A stretch of 64,000 bases of DNA from a bacterium (GCA_963662285.2 CAXXMV010000002.1:1088001-1152000), one strand, 5' to 3'. Shown: positions 33,337 through 43,984, numbered from the stretch's first letter. Numbers and translations: made by a program. The notes: generated by a model not told the origin, from the letters alone.

Positions 33337-34485
33337 ATGAAACGTTCATCCCCATTAATAATTCAATTAATTTTTCTGGGTGTTTTATTTTCATTGTTAA
33401 TAACTTTCATCAACATGAAGGGGATACCCAATCCATTCTTTAATCCATTCAGCCATCCCATGGCGACTCCCAAACCGGTCGTCCCGGCGCCAGGCGAATT
33501 GGGTGCGGATGAACGGTCTACTATAGAAGTATTCAAGCGCCTATCGCCCTCTGTTGTATTTATTATCAACACCGCTTTGCGCCGGGATTTCTTCTCTATG
33601 CGGGCGCAGGAAATGCCTCAAGGTTCCGGTTCCGGTTTTATCTGGGATCAAGACGGCCATATCGTCACAAATTTCCATGTTATATATCAAGCCGACTCAA
33701 TTTCCGTTACGCTGCATGACAGAACTGTCTGGGACGCAACGGTAATCGGCGCTGATCCGGATTACGATCTAGCCGTATTGCGCATAGGCGCATCCAAAAG
33801 TGTTATGCAGCCGGTTATACTCGGATCGTCCAATGATCTTGAAGTTGGACAAAAAGTATTGGCTATCGGCAACCCCTTCGGGCTGGATACCACTCTGACC
33901 ACTGGAGTGATCAGCGCCTTGGGACGCACGATTGAAGCCATCAGTGGACGAACCATCTATGATGTGATACAGACTGACGCGGCCATTAATCCTGGTAATT
34001 CGGGCGGGCCGTTACTTGATTCGTTTGGCCGGATTATCGGAGTAAACACTGCTATTGTAAGCCCCAGCGGCTCCAGCGCTGGAATAGGATTCTCGGTTCC
34101 CATCGATACAGTAAATCGCATCGTTCCTCAACTTATCAGCCGGGGGCGAACAGCTAAACCATACCTGGGCGTTGTCCTCTTACCCGCTTCGCATATCAAA
34201 AGGCTAAAACAGTTGGGCTATAAGGGTCTTGAGGGCGCCGTGATTTGGAAGATACCTCCCCACAGCCCGGCTGATAAAGCCGGGTTGCGGCAAATTCGTC
34301 AAAATGAGCGTGGGGAAATTCAATATGACGTTATTATCTCAATCGACGATAAACCAGTCACGGATGATAATGAATTAATTCATTTATTAGAAGCCTACAC
34401 GCCCAATGACAAAGTTAACCTTCGAGTTAAAAGAAATGGCGAGGAATTTGACGTTGAGGTTCAACTTTCCATTCGTTCGGAATGA
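33337..34485 (+). CDS. HtrA/DegP-family serine protease with one PDZ domain
   Basis: GSGSGF; TNFHV; DLAVL; QTDAAINPGNSGGPL; N-terminal TM; start chosen at the second ATG. Confidence 0.95.
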   Translation: MKRSSPLIIQLIFLGVLFSLLITFINMKGIPNPFFNPFSHPMATPKPVVPAPGELGADERSTIEVFKRLSPSVVFIINTALRRDFFSMRAQEMPQGSGSGFIWDQDGHIVTNFHVIYQADSISVTLHDRTVWDATVIGADPDYDLAVLRIGASKSVMQPVILGSSNDLEVGQKVLAIGNPFGLDTTLTTGVISALGRTIEAISGRTIYDVIQTDAAINPGNSGGPLLDSFGRIIGVNTAIVSPSGSSAGIGFSVPIDTVNRIVPQLISRGRTAKPYLGVVLLPASHIKRLKQLGYKGLEGAVIWKIPPHSPADKAGLRQIRQNERGEIQYDVIISIDDKPVTDDNELIHLLEAYTPNDKVNLRVKRNGEEFDVEVQLSIRSE

Positions 34486-34509
34486 TTATATCTGAATATT
34501 GCGTAATAT

Positions 34510-37071
34510 TTGACTATGCAAAAATCTCAATTCACCTCTAATGCCCGGCCAATAATATCTGATTACATATTGGCTAGAACCGCCGTTTTGTTAACCATTA
34601 TTTCTATCATCGCCATAACAATTCGGATGGTCGACTGGCAAAACAGGGGATTGACGCGAACATCCAATCCTGTTGTGGAAGGACAAAAAAAATCAGCATC
34701 ATTTTTCAAAGATAGCACAACCAGTTTCACCGACTGGACGCTTCGTTTGGATTGCCCTGATACCAGAGGCCTCTGCATCAGGTGGGATGGTTATATTTGG
34801 CTGGCGCAATCTCAAAAATTGCTGCTGGCCTGTGATGGAGAAGCATCACTGGATATTGATGGAATAACCAAACTGCACAAGAATGCTGACTGGCAATATA
34901 CTCAACAGGAAACTGATAAAATTAGCGCTGGTTGTCATAGTATCTCCATGAGATACTCTGACCATTCTGGACGCAGCGCTTTATTGTTAAGCCGGATTGT
35001 TAATGGAGAAATAATCCCCTGTCCTTCCTGGATGTTATCAATCACGCCATTGAAGCCACTGCATATTCTGTTGCGCCGTGCATCGGATATTATGTGGATG
35101 CTGGTTCCCGGATTTATTATATTATCTGTCATTATTTGGCTGCATCTCGCCATGCAATTTCTGCGGGTAAGACGCATTATCGCGCCTTCAAGTACATATT
35201 TTATATGTATAATCGTACTAACTCTTATCGGTTTTGTTTTACGATTGATCCTGGTCTGGCGAGCTGATTGGGCGATGCAGGCCGATGAAGCCATTGTCGG
35301 GATTATGGGGCGACGAATCGCAGCTGGAGGTTATTTTCCGCTTATATACCTCGGTCAATATTATGGCGGTCCGTTTGAAGCCTATTTAATGGCGCCGCTT
35401 TTTTGGATTTTCGGCGCTTCGCGTATCGTCCTGCGTATGACTCCTTTAATATTATCAACCCTGGCCATACCGCTTTTCGGGTGGACTGGCAACCGCTGTT
35501 TCGGTAAAGCCGCCGGACTGGCAGCTGCCGCTTTGTGGGCTATCCCGCCAGTCATGCCGCTGGTCTATAGCATCATGGTCATGGTGGGTCCGATAGAAAA
35601 TATATTGGTGATTGTTTTGGTGATAGGCGTTTGGGGATCGGAATCGGCTCGAAAAAACATGACGCCAACCGCCGCCTTTATAACCGGCTTGGTTTTAGGC
35701 ATCGCATTCTGGATCAACGCTCAAATCCTATATCTTATAATTCCCCTGACGTTGTTTCTCTTTACGCCGTTTAATCCCAAGCGCAATGTCAGATTTTTTG
35801 GATTATATTTCGGCGCCATGTTTATTGGAATCTTACCGCTGGTGATTTTCAATATACTGCATCCGCTGAGAACTTTTATCGCTATGACAGCGGGTGATGG
35901 CAATGGATCATTTGTCAGTAACTTTATATCTGATTTCCTATACCGGGCTATGCCGGTTCTGGTCGGGCAAAAAGTAAACTGGAACATTACGCATAATATT
36001 GCGCTGTGGCCGTTTGCATGGTTTCCGTCACTGTTGGCAACTATGGTTCTGATTTATGTACTGGTAGAAATAGTACGTCAATCAATCAAGCGCCACTCTT
36101 CAAGTAAAACAAAATCAGAACGGGCTATCCTGCTCCTGATTGTGGCCTCGCTGATAACCGGGATATTGCTCTTCAGTGCATCTAATTTAGAAACCAAAGA
36201 CCCAAGACATCTTTTTTTAATTACGCCTTTCCTGATTCTTTTATTCGCGTGGGCGTTTTATTCGATAGCGCGTTTCTCTGCCTTGGCGGCCTTTACACTG
36301 TTGGGATTGTTATTATTCATGAACCTGCAAGGCATTGTGCAATCTGATCAGCGTTGTTATTTTCAACCGATACACACAATAGCAGCGGGCAAGATTATTC
36401 CCCCGAATATGAATGACGCAATCAGCATACTGCAAGAAAACAAGTCGGATTGCGTGTATGTGGATTATTGGATTGGGGCGATTCTGGCGTTTGAAATGCA
36501 GCAAGAGGCGCCGGTTTATTCCGTCCCCAAAAACCGTTTGGAAGATTTAGCCGATTCGGCAATCAAAAGCGTCACGCCGTCTTATATCTTTCATCACAAT
36601 GATATACATCAACCGGCTGGCGATTTGTTTTTAATGCGCCTGGGATGGAGAAGGGAAGAGGCGGCGCCTCTTATGCTCTATTTTGCTGAACGTCCATTGC
36701 TGCACCCCAAATCTGAATGGCGTACAACTGTAGCGTCTCAAGACGAGAGAATTCAATTCGCATGCGACGGAGCGCTGCAAACCTATTGGGCGCCTTTAAA
36801 TAATGAAGTGGAAATTAATATTGCATTGCCCGATGATAGGGAAGTGAATAGTATTGCGGTGATTTCCAGTAGGATTTCAGGTGATGAAAAGATTACTGCT
36901 TCATTCGGTGAAGATGACGTAAGTGCAGTAGAGATTGCAATGGTGCATGATCAGATTACAACTTTGACCACCATTGATGTTGATGCTGTACTATCTAACA
37001 AACTAACGATTCATCTTCCTGAGGGATACGTCAAAGAACAATTCAGGATTTATGAGATATTTATGTTTTAG
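34510..37071 (+). CDS. Multi-TM GT-C (ArnT/PMT-like) glycosyltransferase with N-terminal PA14-like and C-terminal discoidin-like domains
   Basis: IRWDGYI...GCHSISMRY (PA14-like); ADEA acidic loop motif followed by many TMs; ACDGALQTYW (F5/8-like). Confidence 0.7.
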   Translation: MTMQKSQFTSNARPIISDYILARTAVLLTIISIIAITIRMVDWQNRGLTRTSNPVVEGQKKSASFFKDSTTSFTDWTLRLDCPDTRGLCIRWDGYIWLAQSQKLLLACDGEASLDIDGITKLHKNADWQYTQQETDKISAGCHSISMRYSDHSGRSALLLSRIVNGEIIPCPSWMLSITPLKPLHILLRRASDIMWMLVPGFIILSVIIWLHLAMQFLRVRRIIAPSSTYFICIIVLTLIGFVLRLILVWRADWAMQADEAIVGIMGRRIAAGGYFPLIYLGQYYGGPFEAYLMAPLFWIFGASRIVLRMTPLILSTLAIPLFGWTGNRCFGKAAGLAAAALWAIPPVMPLVYSIMVMVGPIENILVIVLVIGVWGSESARKNMTPTAAFITGLVLGIAFWINAQILYLIIPLTLFLFTPFNPKRNVRFFGLYFGAMFIGILPLVIFNILHPLRTFIAMTAGDGNGSFVSNFISDFLYRAMPVLVGQKVNWNITHNIALWPFAWFPSLLATMVLIYVLVEIVRQSIKRHSSSKTKSERAILLLIVASLITGILLFSASNLETKDPRHLFLITPFLILLFAWAFYSIARFSALAAFTLLGLLLFMNLQGIVQSDQRCYFQPIHTIAAGKIIPPNMNDAISILQENKSDCVYVDYWIGAILAFEMQQEAPVYSVPKNRLEDLADSAIKSVTPSYIFHHNDIHQPAGDLFLMRLGWRREEAAPLMLYFAERPLLHPKSEWRTTVASQDERIQFACDGALQTYWAPLNNEVEINIALPDDREVNSIAVISSRISGDEKITASFGEDDVSAVEIAMVHDQITTLTTIDVDAVLSNKLTIHLPEGYVKEQFRIYEIFMF

Positions 37072-38549
37072 ATAGAATTCTTAAGAGAATTATGCGGCGC
37101 ATCCGTTGGAGATGGTTTGCCTTTCAACACCCGCCGCGCCATTTTCGATCCCATGACTCCAGCCAATCTACGCCAGGGTATCATAGAGAGTTGCTCATCG
37201 CTAATTGGTTTTTCTGTTTGTTTGCGCAGCTGGGTATGTTTCCAGATGATTAATTCCAGTTTTTTGGCCAGCTGGTAATGGAAATAAAACTCTTCTTTGG
37301 GCATATGTTCATTCAAGTAGACGTATTTCTCGAAGAAGAATTTTTTGTCATCCTCCAGGTCTTCGGGTTCAAGCACTACTCCAGTCAGTTTTGCTTCATC
37401 AATCAAACCGCGTTGCAGAGCGTAATCCCATATCGGCGTTCCGGGCAATACCATTAACGGACCAATCACCAGTGCAGAGAAGACGTCCATATTGTCGATT
37501 ATAAAGTCAAAGGTCATTTTTAAATCATCCCGCGTCTCGCATGGGGAACCTATGATAAAACTGGGGGCGACATTGATTCGATTATCCCGGCAAACATCAA
37601 TAGTACGTTGGAGTTGCTCGGGTTGCACCCCGTCTTTGGCGAGGTATTGCAGGACGCCGGGCGACGCTGATTCGAATCCAATGGTTAAATCGGTCACATT
37701 AAGATCGTGCAGCGCTTGGGCCATATCCTGGCGGATCTGGTTAGCCCGCGCTGATGCAGTGAAATGCACTTGATCCAGAATCCCCCGTTGATTCAATAAT
37801 CGGCCAATCTCTTCCAGGCGGCTTTTTTTACCGACGAAAAGATCATCAAACGCGATGATATGGCTGGCGCCCCACTTGGTAACTAGTTCTTCTATCTCAT
37901 CAACTACGTATTCCGGTGAGAAAAAGCGGTGTTTGGTTCCCCAATGCTTCACAGTTGAGCAGAACGAGCAGCGGTATGGGCAGCCGCGTGATGTCATGAT
38001 ATGGGCGTGGTTTTTTATCGGCCCCCACTGGTCTCCTAACGCTTCCCGGTCGGGCCGGGGGATGCAATCAAGGTCTTCGATCCGATCCCGGTCTGGATTA
38101 TAAACAATCCCTTTATCGCCATGCCATATAATGCCCTCAATCTTAGACAGGCTTTGAGGTTCCAAGCATCCTCGTGCTTTCAGTAATTCGCACAAATCCA
38201 GAAAGGAGCATTCGCCTTCACCCATGATTCCTGCATCAAAAGATAATGGTAATCTCTCCGGCATGGCGGTAATTTGGGCGCCGCCGATAATGGTCGGGAT
38301 TCTCAGTTCAGATTTGATACGTTGCGCAGCGCGGTCAGCGACATTGAAACTGTAGGTTGTGCATGAAATTCCAATCAGATCGGGTTTATGAGCGATCAGA
38401 TTGTCAAGATTTCTTTCAATAACCGTATCAAATCCACTGCCATATTTTTTTAGATAAGAAGAGAGATATCCAAGACCCAAGGGCGGCCCGATAGACCAAT
38501 CCTCATCTCTTTCTTCGACTACTGCCAAATAGAGTCCAATTTTCATCAT
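37068..38549 (-). CDS. B12-binding domain radical SAM protein
   Basis: PPLGLGYL and GGAQ/GEGE cobalamin-binding motifs; TSRGCPYRCSFC; GFESAS; PGTPI. Confidence 0.93.
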   Translation of the reverse strand: MMKIGLYLAVVEERDEDWSIGPPLGLGYLSSYLKKYGSGFDTVIERNLDNLIAHKPDLIGISCTTYSFNVADRAAQRIKSELRIPTIIGGAQITAMPERLPLSFDAGIMGEGECSFLDLCELLKARGCLEPQSLSKIEGIIWHGDKGIVYNPDRDRIEDLDCIPRPDREALGDQWGPIKNHAHIMTSRGCPYRCSFCSTVKHWGTKHRFFSPEYVVDEIEELVTKWGASHIIAFDDLFVGKKSRLEEIGRLLNQRGILDQVHFTASARANQIRQDMAQALHDLNVTDLTIGFESASPGVLQYLAKDGVQPEQLQRTIDVCRDNRINVAPSFIIGSPCETRDDLKMTFDFIIDNMDVFSALVIGPLMVLPGTPIWDYALQRGLIDEAKLTGVVLEPEDLEDDKKFFFEKYVYLNEHMPKEEFYFHYQLAKKLELIIWKHTQLRKQTEKPISDEQLSMIPWRRLAGVMGSKMARRVLKGKPSPTDAPHNSLKNSI

Positions 38550-38710
38550 CGCGCTTTCGTAACTGGAACGTTATTATGTAAGTCTCTCTGATTATAACCA
38601 GTTAGAGATAGCAATAAAACTAGAGCGATTGTAATAAATACAGTGTGTTTAAGCAATTGTCCAATTGGAAGATATTTACCAGAAATAGGAATTGATGGAT
38701 CAGGAGGCGT

Positions 38711-38753
38711 AAAAAAGCCCGGTTCCGTTATTATATGATAACATCCACCGGGC
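38711..38753 (-). terminator. Terminator for the minus-strand lipoprotein gene
   Basis: gcccggt/accgggc stem preceded by A6 (T6 on the minus strand). Confidence 0.55.
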
Positions 38754-38779
38754 GGTTTGGTTTATATTTTTAATCAAAT

Positions 38780-39040
38780 TTACTTAAGTATTTCGATAAA
38801 GTCCGATTGTATATCACTGAAAACTTTGCTGTCGCTGGAGAAGGTATTAGGGCTTAGGTCCAGCATTTCCCAATCAGAAAATGATTTGTCTTCATCATTC
38901 TGGAAAGACAGGTCATCCAGCCACATATTATTAGAAGAATCGAAAAGACCTGCTTGTTGATCCTGCGTCGAAGCGCAGCCGCCAGCAAGGATTCCAAGGC
39001 ATATAATAACTAAAATGATTCTCATCGACTTTTTTCTCAT
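38780..39040 (-). CDS. Small hypothetical lipoprotein
   Basis: Basic N-terminus, hydrophobic stretch, lipobox-like LAGGC, acidic mature region. Confidence 0.65.
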   Translation of the reverse strand: MRKKSMRIILVIICLGILAGGCASTQDQQAGLFDSSNNMWLDDLSFQNDEDKSFSDWEMLDLSPNTFSSDSKVFSDIQSDFIEILK

Positions 39041-39111
39041 GATTCAGCCAGTGTATTTACTCTCTATCTTAAAAACGTACAACCAAAGATTAACGTAACA
39101 ATATTCTATCA

Positions 39112-40116
39112 CTAATTACCCTTAATTTGTGGAATAATCAATTCGGCGCCAAGTTTTTGGTATACTTCGTGCAGCCGCTCTAGCATTTTTTCATCTTGAT
39201 AGGCGCCGATAACCGCTCCGCCTGAACCTGCGAATTTGGAAGATGCGCCAACCAGTCGCGCATAATTAACCAGATCAAGATCGCTTTTGCTTAAGTTATA
39301 CAGTGAAGAACGTAAATCAAAATTCTGGTTCATCAATTCGCTCAGTTTATCTTTATCTCCGGCCAGAAGAGCGCCCTTGGCGTCTTCGGCGAACTGCGCG
39401 AATTGCTTCATGGCATTGATAATAACAGCGTCGCCTTGATCAAAACGCTCGCGGATATTGTTATGAAAAACTTCGGAACCTTCACCCAGGCGCGTATCGT
39501 AGGCGATAAACAGGTTGGGCAGTAAATCTGGATCAAGGGATTGATAGATGCCGCTGCCTGTTTTCTCCAGGTTATCTTTGTCAAAATCCATATACACCAT
39601 ATTTTCATAAACCTGAATAACGCGATCCTGCAATCCTGCGCCAATGCCCAGTTCATCGTGTTCGGCTGATAAAATTATATTAGGCTGGATTTCGTTGGGA
39701 ATATCCACTTCGAAGAACTGCATCATGGCGCGTAGAGTGGCAGTGATAATGGCGCTGGAACCGGCCAGGCCGACCCGCGCCGGGATGTTAGATTCGTATT
39801 CGATAGTGAAATTACGGTTGGGCAGTTCAATATGGTTCTCTTTGCAATAACTGGCGAAACGTTTGATGATGGCGCGTATCAAACGGATGCCGCCATAATA
39901 ACCGTATAATTTTACGCCCTCGCATAGAGCATCCATTGATTCCCAAATTGGTTGATCAATGGTGCTGCCGCGAATTTCCAGATTGGCTGAGGGATAGCAA
40001 ATTACGCGGGCGCGGAAATTACGCACTGAAATTGAAATGGTTTTCCCAAAATAACCATCAGACGGATTTCCGATTAATCCCGCCCGTGCATACGCATACG
40101 TCTCAATATAACCCAT
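39112..40116 (-). CDS. GHMP kinase, glucuronokinase-like
   Basis: AYARAGLIGNPSDGYFGKTIS, YYGGIRL, PARVGLAGSSA, GAGLQDR, KFAGSGGA closely resemble plant-type glucuronokinase. Confidence 0.85.
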   Translation of the reverse strand: MGYIETYAYARAGLIGNPSDGYFGKTISISVRNFRARVICYPSANLEIRGSTIDQPIWESMDALCEGVKLYGYYGGIRLIRAIIKRFASYCKENHIELPNRNFTIEYESNIPARVGLAGSSAIITATLRAMMQFFEVDIPNEIQPNIILSAEHDELGIGAGLQDRVIQVYENMVYMDFDKDNLEKTGSGIYQSLDPDLLPNLFIAYDTRLGEGSEVFHNNIRERFDQGDAVIINAMKQFAQFAEDAKGALLAGDKDKLSELMNQNFDLRSSLYNLSKSDLDLVNYARLVGASSKFAGSGGAVIGAYQDEKMLERLHEVYQKLGAELIIPQIKGN

Positions 40117-40181
40117 GACAATTCATCTCCTGGAAGAAATTACATGATCAGTTTATCAACTCATTATGTTTTTATACTACT

Positions 40182-41687
40182 CTATGCAGAAAAATTCCCC
40201 TGCTGAGGTAATGCATCCCATAAGCATTGCGAAACACCGGGTTCACGCGTTTCGAAATAGCGTGAATGAGCCAAACCGGCTGGCCGGGGATTAATATCCA
40301 ACACCCAGGCAACCATTCTATGATTGCGCCATTCTAACCGAATATCTATGCCTACGACGCTGCAATCTATAAAAGGTTCTGCTGCTTTTTGAGCAATATT
40401 CTGTATTTCCGTCCAAATCTCATGATTCCATTTAAATGGGGCGGCATGCTCTGGAGTGGAAAGCATCCATTGCGCCCCAATCTTGCATTCTAATACATGT
40501 CCGCCCTGTTCGGGAGAGGCGATAACCGCTTCATGGGGCGCCAACATTAAAAAACCGCTCTCCATCCTGCCGCAGATTACATTTACGCGCAGATCGAATA
40601 GCACTTCTTTATCCGTCAAGTCATCCCAAATCTTAACATTTCGAATCCCCCGGCGCAATAAAACATCATCATTACGGCCAATTTCTTTGATATGACTGAT
40701 GAGTTCAGGGTTAATTGCTAAAAATGCAGACCAATCCAGTAATCCGGTAAAAGATCTAACGCCGCGTCCTTCGGTCCCCTTATTGGGCTGCACCACTAGA
40801 GTAACTTCTATGGTTTCTTCACTGTCAAATAGATCGCTGAATATAAGTTTACAGCGATTAGCCAGGGCTTGATCATCAAGTGAGGAAAATTCACTTTGTT
40901 TGATTAAAGATGCTTTGGGTGAAGGAACGGACAATTTATCCCATTGGCAATAACAACTGAATTTATCATCAGCTTTTAAGGCCGATTGATAGCGATTAAC
41001 CTGGTAAATCTCTTTTTCGGCGAAACGCTCGCTCCATATCTGGTGGAATTTTGGAGAGACGGCTAAAAAATGAACGCTGTCTATACGCAGTGGTTCGGAA
41101 AAGGATGATTCGATCAATTGCTCTGTGTCGGAAATAGGATAGATGCAACGCGTCGCCTGTAGGTTTTCATCCAACCATTGAGCATGAACGCCGATGACAA
41201 GACGTCGTTGGCGCCAATGTTTAGCCAGATCGCAGACATACGAATCGATCATCAGCGGGTAGATTTCATTGCAGATATTGGGTAAATATTCAACGCAAAT
41301 CGCATGAACCGGCGTATTTGAGTCGCCTGAGTTAATCGAATAAGGATGCCTGGAGTAATCGGGAGACATCGCTCCAGCCAGAATATTCAAAGGAGGACAT
41401 AATCGCTCGCTATATATCGCTTCAAAGACGCTTTCTTTTACTCGCCGACAGAAGATAGGTTCTGCGGCGGCCTCTTGGAGAATATGTCTATCTTCGGCAT
41501 CGATTTGATCAGCAACTTTCGCCAATACTTCGTCGAATATATCATCCACCTTGCTAATGATGGATTTCATTGAATTGTGATCGCCTTGTTTAATACTCAG
41601 GCGTATATCATGAATATCGCCGAAACAGGCAATGATATTTTGCAGAAGCAATTCCTGGATGGTTTGCGAAAGAGAGAGAGCCATCAA
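40182..41687 (-). CDS. Hypothetical protein with C-terminal ATP-grasp-like domain
   Basis: DDKF; VVQPNKGTEGRGV; FDLRVNV; VGIDI; VLDINPRP resemble RimK/YheCD-type ATP-grasp motifs. Confidence 0.65.
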   Translation of the reverse strand: MMALSLSQTIQELLLQNIIACFGDIHDIRLSIKQGDHNSMKSIISKVDDIFDEVLAKVADQIDAEDRHILQEAAAEPIFCRRVKESVFEAIYSERLCPPLNILAGAMSPDYSRHPYSINSGDSNTPVHAICVEYLPNICNEIYPLMIDSYVCDLAKHWRQRRLVIGVHAQWLDENLQATRCIYPISDTEQLIESSFSEPLRIDSVHFLAVSPKFHQIWSERFAEKEIYQVNRYQSALKADDKFSCYCQWDKLSVPSPKASLIKQSEFSSLDDQALANRCKLIFSDLFDSEETIEVTLVVQPNKGTEGRGVRSFTGLLDWSAFLAINPELISHIKEIGRNDDVLLRRGIRNVKIWDDLTDKEVLFDLRVNVICGRMESGFLMLAPHEAVIASPEQGGHVLECKIGAQWMLSTPEHAAPFKWNHEIWTEIQNIAQKAAEPFIDCSVVGIDIRLEWRNHRMVAWVLDINPRPAGLAHSRYFETREPGVSQCLWDALPQQGNFSA

Positions 41688-41697
41688 AAAAATCCGT

Positions 41698-42486
41698 TCA
41701 GTTTATGTTATGAGACATGCGCACGGGCACGCCGCGTTTATGTAAGTAATCCTTGATGGCTTGAATAGTGTACGTTCCAAAGTGGATCATAGAGGCTACG
41801 ATAGCCGCATCCGCTTTGCCTTCGGTGAAGACGTCGTATAGATGCTCTGGCGTACCCCCGCCGCCGCTGGCGATAACCGGGATGCTTACTGCTTCAGCAA
41901 TTTTACGGGTCAGGTTCAATTCGAATCCGTTACGGGCGCCGTCAGCGTCTATGCTGTTGACCACCAATTCGCCTGCGCCCAGTTCTTCGCCGCGTTTGGC
42001 CCATTCTATGGCATCAAGCCCCATCGCCTTGCGTCCGCCATTGATGAATATCTCGTAACCTGAAGGGAATTGGTCTGAAACGGAGACTTTTTTAATATCC
42101 ATGCTAAGTACAATGCATTGAGCGCCGAACGCTTTTGATCCTTCAGCAATGATATCGGGATTCAATACTGCAGAAGAATTAACGCTGACCTTCTCAGCGC
42201 CAGCCAGCAACACGCGGCGCAGGTCATCGAAGGTTCTCAGACCGCCTCCGACAGAATAAGGGATAAATATCGCTTCCGCAGTGCGGCTGACCACGTCGAT
42301 CATGATATTACGCTCATCGCTGCTGGCGGTAATGTCGTAAAACACCAGTTCCTCGGCGCCATCTTCGTAATACTGTTTGGCCATCGCAACCGGATCGCCG
42401 ATATCAACATTATTCTTAAACTCGACGCCTTTGGTGACTTTACCTCCGCGAACGTCGAGACAGGGGATTATACGTTTAGTAAGCAT
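41698..42486 (-). CDS. hisF: Imidazole glycerol phosphate synthase cyclase subunit
   Basis: [12 protein letters not shown]; [10 protein letters not shown]; [14 protein letters not shown]; PVIASGG. Confidence 0.96.
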   Translation of the reverse strand: MLTKRIIPCLDVRGGKVTKGVEFKNNVDIGDPVAMAKQYYEDGAEELVFYDITASSDERNIMIDVVSRTAEAIFIPYSVGGGLRTFDDLRRVLLAGAEKVSVNSSAVLNPDIIAEGSKAFGAQCIVLSMDIKKVSVSDQFPSGYEIFINGGRKAMGLDAIEWAKRGEELGAGELVVNSIDADGARNGFELNLTRKIAEAVSIPVIASGGGGTPEHLYDVFTEGKADAAIVASMIHFGTYTIQAIKDYLHKRGVPVRMSHNIN

Positions 42487-42631
42487 GATTTACCTCAAAA
42501 TCAATGTTTTAATATTTAAATATTCTCTAATTTCTACTACTAATCTTATGACTCATCAAATATCAGTCAAGCAACCGGAAATTAGTTAAAATACTTGATA
42601 ATTGTTTTGAATCAAATAATCTATATAGTGC

Positions 42632-43786
42632 ATGCCTTTTATTTTGATCGTATCGATTGAATTGCGCGTAATTATGAATATCTTGCGAAATGATCCCGGC
42701 CAAGGCCTCTCTTTACGGTACTATATCGTAGGTTTGCTGCTTATATGGTCTTTTATTGTCTTTGTGCTGTTGAGGTTCGGGATATGGAACGAAAATCAAA
42801 ATACTAAAGAAATGATAAAAAAAGAAGCTCTAACCAGTTTTAATAAAGATCAATCATATCGATTCTGGGCAGCTTTACATGGTGGAGTTTATGTTCCGGT
42901 TACTGAAAAAACACCCCAAAACCCGCATCTTAGCCATATTACAGAGCGGGATATCGAAACGCCATCAGGAAAACGCCTGACTCTTATGAATCCCGCCTAT
43001 ATGGTCCGGCAATTATCAGAACAATATAATGAGTTATATGGAGTAAAAGGGAAAATTACCAGTCTTAAACTATTACGTCCTGAAAATGAACCGGATATGT
43101 GGGAACGCAAGACATTGATGATGTTCGAACAGAGGATAGCGGAATTTTCCGAATTTACCGAAATCGAAGGTAAGCCCTATTTAAGATATATGAGCCCTAT
43201 GTATATACAGCATTCATGTTTGAAATGTCACAATCAACAAAATTATAAGATTGGCGATGTAAGGGGAGGCGTAAGCGTCTCTATTCCGATGACTCCATAT
43301 TTATTTAATCAAAACCGAAAAATTCAATATTTGACGATTTCCTTTTTGATAGTTTGGATTTTAGGCGTTATGATCATTGGCTTTGGGGGGCGGTCGCTTG
43401 GTAAGCAGATAAAAGAACGCCAAGCCGCACAACTCGATCTACAGAAATCACACGATCAATTAGAAATCAAAGTACAGGAAAGAACATCTGAATTACGCCT
43501 TATTAATCAATCACTGGAAAAAGTAATAACCGAGAAGGAAAAAGCGCTTAGCGACCTCCATGCAGAACAAGATAAAGTAAAAACACTAAGCGGATTCATC
43601 CCGATCTGCGCTCATTGCAAGAAAATACGTGATGATCAGGGGTTTTGGGATCAAGTTGAATCCTATATCGGAAAATACGCCGACGTAGAATTTACTCATG
43701 GAATCTGTCCCCAATGTGCGGAGAAATATTTCCCGGAATTCTATGATAAACTGTCCGGTGAAAAAGATGCCTCCCTAACCACATAA
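42632..43786 (+). CDS. Membrane sensor with DUF3365/Tll0287-like heme-c domain and C-terminal Cys-rich domain
   Basis: TM-periplasmic domain (HGGVY, TLMNPAYM, CLKCH, GDVRGGVSV)-TM-coiled coil-ICAHCKKIRDD...THGICPQC. Confidence 0.8.
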   Translation: MPFILIVSIELRVIMNILRNDPGQGLSLRYYIVGLLLIWSFIVFVLLRFGIWNENQNTKEMIKKEALTSFNKDQSYRFWAALHGGVYVPVTEKTPQNPHLSHITERDIETPSGKRLTLMNPAYMVRQLSEQYNELYGVKGKITSLKLLRPENEPDMWERKTLMMFEQRIAEFSEFTEIEGKPYLRYMSPMYIQHSCLKCHNQQNYKIGDVRGGVSVSIPMTPYLFNQNRKIQYLTISFLIVWILGVMIIGFGGRSLGKQIKERQAAQLDLQKSHDQLEIKVQERTSELRLINQSLEKVITEKEKALSDLHAEQDKVKTLSGFIPICAHCKKIRDDQGFWDQVESYIGKYADVEFTHGICPQCAEKYFPEFYDKLSGEKDASLTT

Positions 43787-43984
43787 TCCTATAATTTCCT
43801 GATGCAAAATGATTTTTTTACTAGGGCTACAATGTTGCCTATTCAAGAGAATTATAAAAACTTTATAGCCCTGGAATTCATGAATCGTCGCGTGGATTCC
43901 CTTGAAATATCTGTATCTTCAGGGCGAGGGAATATTATTCCGCCTTTTTGAATCGTCAATCAGAACATTATAATGACAACTACT

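Noticed and set aside
43929-43941. GGAA-N5-TTCC as an NrpR operator
   Set aside because: Spacing differs from the known N6 operator, and it lies between convergent gene ends.
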